NCBI GenBank assembly: GCA_963833125.1
Contig: CAWHWX010000001.1
Coordinates: forward strand, 345,702 to 409,701
DNA length: 64,000 nt
DNA from: Candidatus Bathyarchaeota archaeon
GTDB lineage: Archaea; Thermoproteota; Bathyarchaeia; 40CM-2-53-6
Reading direction: 5' to 3'
This document shows, piece after piece, positions 63,201 through 64,000 of this stretch. The position numbers and the translations under genes were made by a program. The notes under the pieces are model-generated. The model made no database searches. It was not told where the DNA came from and saw only the letters and a list, made by a program, of their open reading frames with translations. Positions within the stretch are counted from its first letter, which is position 1. Every line of letters begins with the position of its first letter.

Positions 63201-64000
63201 ATTGCAATCAGAATTAACAGGAGTACTAGTGTCACTAGCATCAAAATTCCGTTAATGCCCAACACACCTGTCTGAACATCGCCTGCAGCCCTCCCGGCCC
63301 GCGGCACGATTCTCTGAGTGATACTGGAATATACTGTTCCGAAGGCTCGCTGCAGAGCTGTGGCGAAAGCAATGAACCCATGTCCGATCGCAACATATGC
63401 GACATCGAAATCTTTCAAGTGCGTCTCATGGGGCGCCAGGTATTTTCGTCCGAGCGTGAAGAAAGTCAAAGCGGCCGCGGCTAAGACCAGCGAAGTTTGT
63501 AGTAATTCGTTGAGTGCGAATGGTTGGTATCCCGAGCCACCGAATGGAAGTATTGCGTAGAGCAGCGGTGGATATACGCCGATAGCGACGCAAAGTCCAG
63601 CCGCGCCGAGCATCGCCGCCTTCATTAACAGAGGCGGATCGCTTGCTTCGATTTTTCCGGGGCGGAGGAATGCGAAGTATCCGAGTTTCAGAAATGAAAG
63701 GAATGTGCCAAATGATGCGATTTCGAGCAGTACGAAGATTAGCGTGTTGCTTTGCTGAGCAGCCGATACTACCATACCCTTTGACACGAAGCCGTTGAAT
63801 AGCGGCACACCAGAAATTGAGAAGGCGGCGATCCAGAACGCGATTGCGGTAACGGGCATTTTCCGCATGAGTCCGCCAAGTTTGTCCAGCGTGTTCTCGC
63901 CGGTCTTCCAGATGATTACACCGACGGTCATGAAGAGCAACGCTTTGTAGAGTATGTGGTTGAATACGTGCGCCATTGCTCCATCCAAAGCCAGCTGGGC
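63188..64000 (-). CDS. MrpA/MrpD/NuoL-type antiporter-like subunit (5' end truncated by the window)
   Basis: HVFNHILYKALLFM, LGGL, ISGVPLFNGFVSK. Confidence 0.85.
   Translation of the reverse strand, partial: AQLALDGAMAHVFNHILYKALLFMTVGVIIWKTGENTLDKLGGLMRKMPVTAIAFWIAAFSISGVPLFNGFVSKGMVVSAAQQSNTLIFVLLEIASFGTFLSFLKLGYFAFLRPGKIEASDPPLLMKAAMLGAAGLCVAIGVYPPLLYAILPFGGSGYQPFALNELLQTSLVLAAAALTFFTLGRKYLAPHETHLKDFDVAYVAIGHGFIAFATALQRAFGTVYSSITQRIVPRAGRAAGDVQTGVLGINGILMLVTLVLLLILIAMWGV

Noticed and set aside
1-64000. CRISPR array, rRNA or intact tRNA
   Set aside because: No regularly spaced repeats, rRNA signatures or complete cloverleaf were seen by eye.

Overview
Archaeal chromosomal window, most likely TACK lineage and Bathyarchaeia-like (inferred from PolD DP1/DP2, Cdc6, Elf1, ZPR1, Sec61beta and cofC/cofD together). 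Many genes carry single-base frameshifts typical of an unpolished long-read assembly. Contents, in order: (1) moaA and an arsC-like gene; (2) a 2-oxoacid dehydrogenase/lipoate operon (lipA-E1a-E1b-E2 ... E3-lipB) split by a ~6.8 kb accessory island that holds a tRNA-like remnant, a 23-bp direct repeat, a PD-(D/E)XK nuclease, a trypsin-like protease, two HNH genes and RHH/AbrB regulators; (3) amino-acid and peptide transporters; (4) glyA, cofD/cofC and PAC2; (5) the replication-origin region (polC-elf1-wHTH genes-oriC with ORB boxes-cdc6-DUF99-polB); (6) a DUF6754-type membrane operon; (7) cysS, amino-acid catabolism genes and Mrp/Nuo-type subunits. Three signals stand out. First, a 31-nt hairpin insertion splits the conserved YAE|G motif of glyA and can be removed in frame by bulge-helix-bulge-like cleavage, making it a candidate archaeal mRNA intron. 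Second, an unannotated 26-aa peptide gene occurs in two dispersed copies that differ almost only at synonymous sites and share an upstream element. Third, a GTGATGTCAC repeat cluster lies next to a TM-coiled-coil-wHTH gene beside oriC. All product names come from motif recognition by eye, not from database searches.
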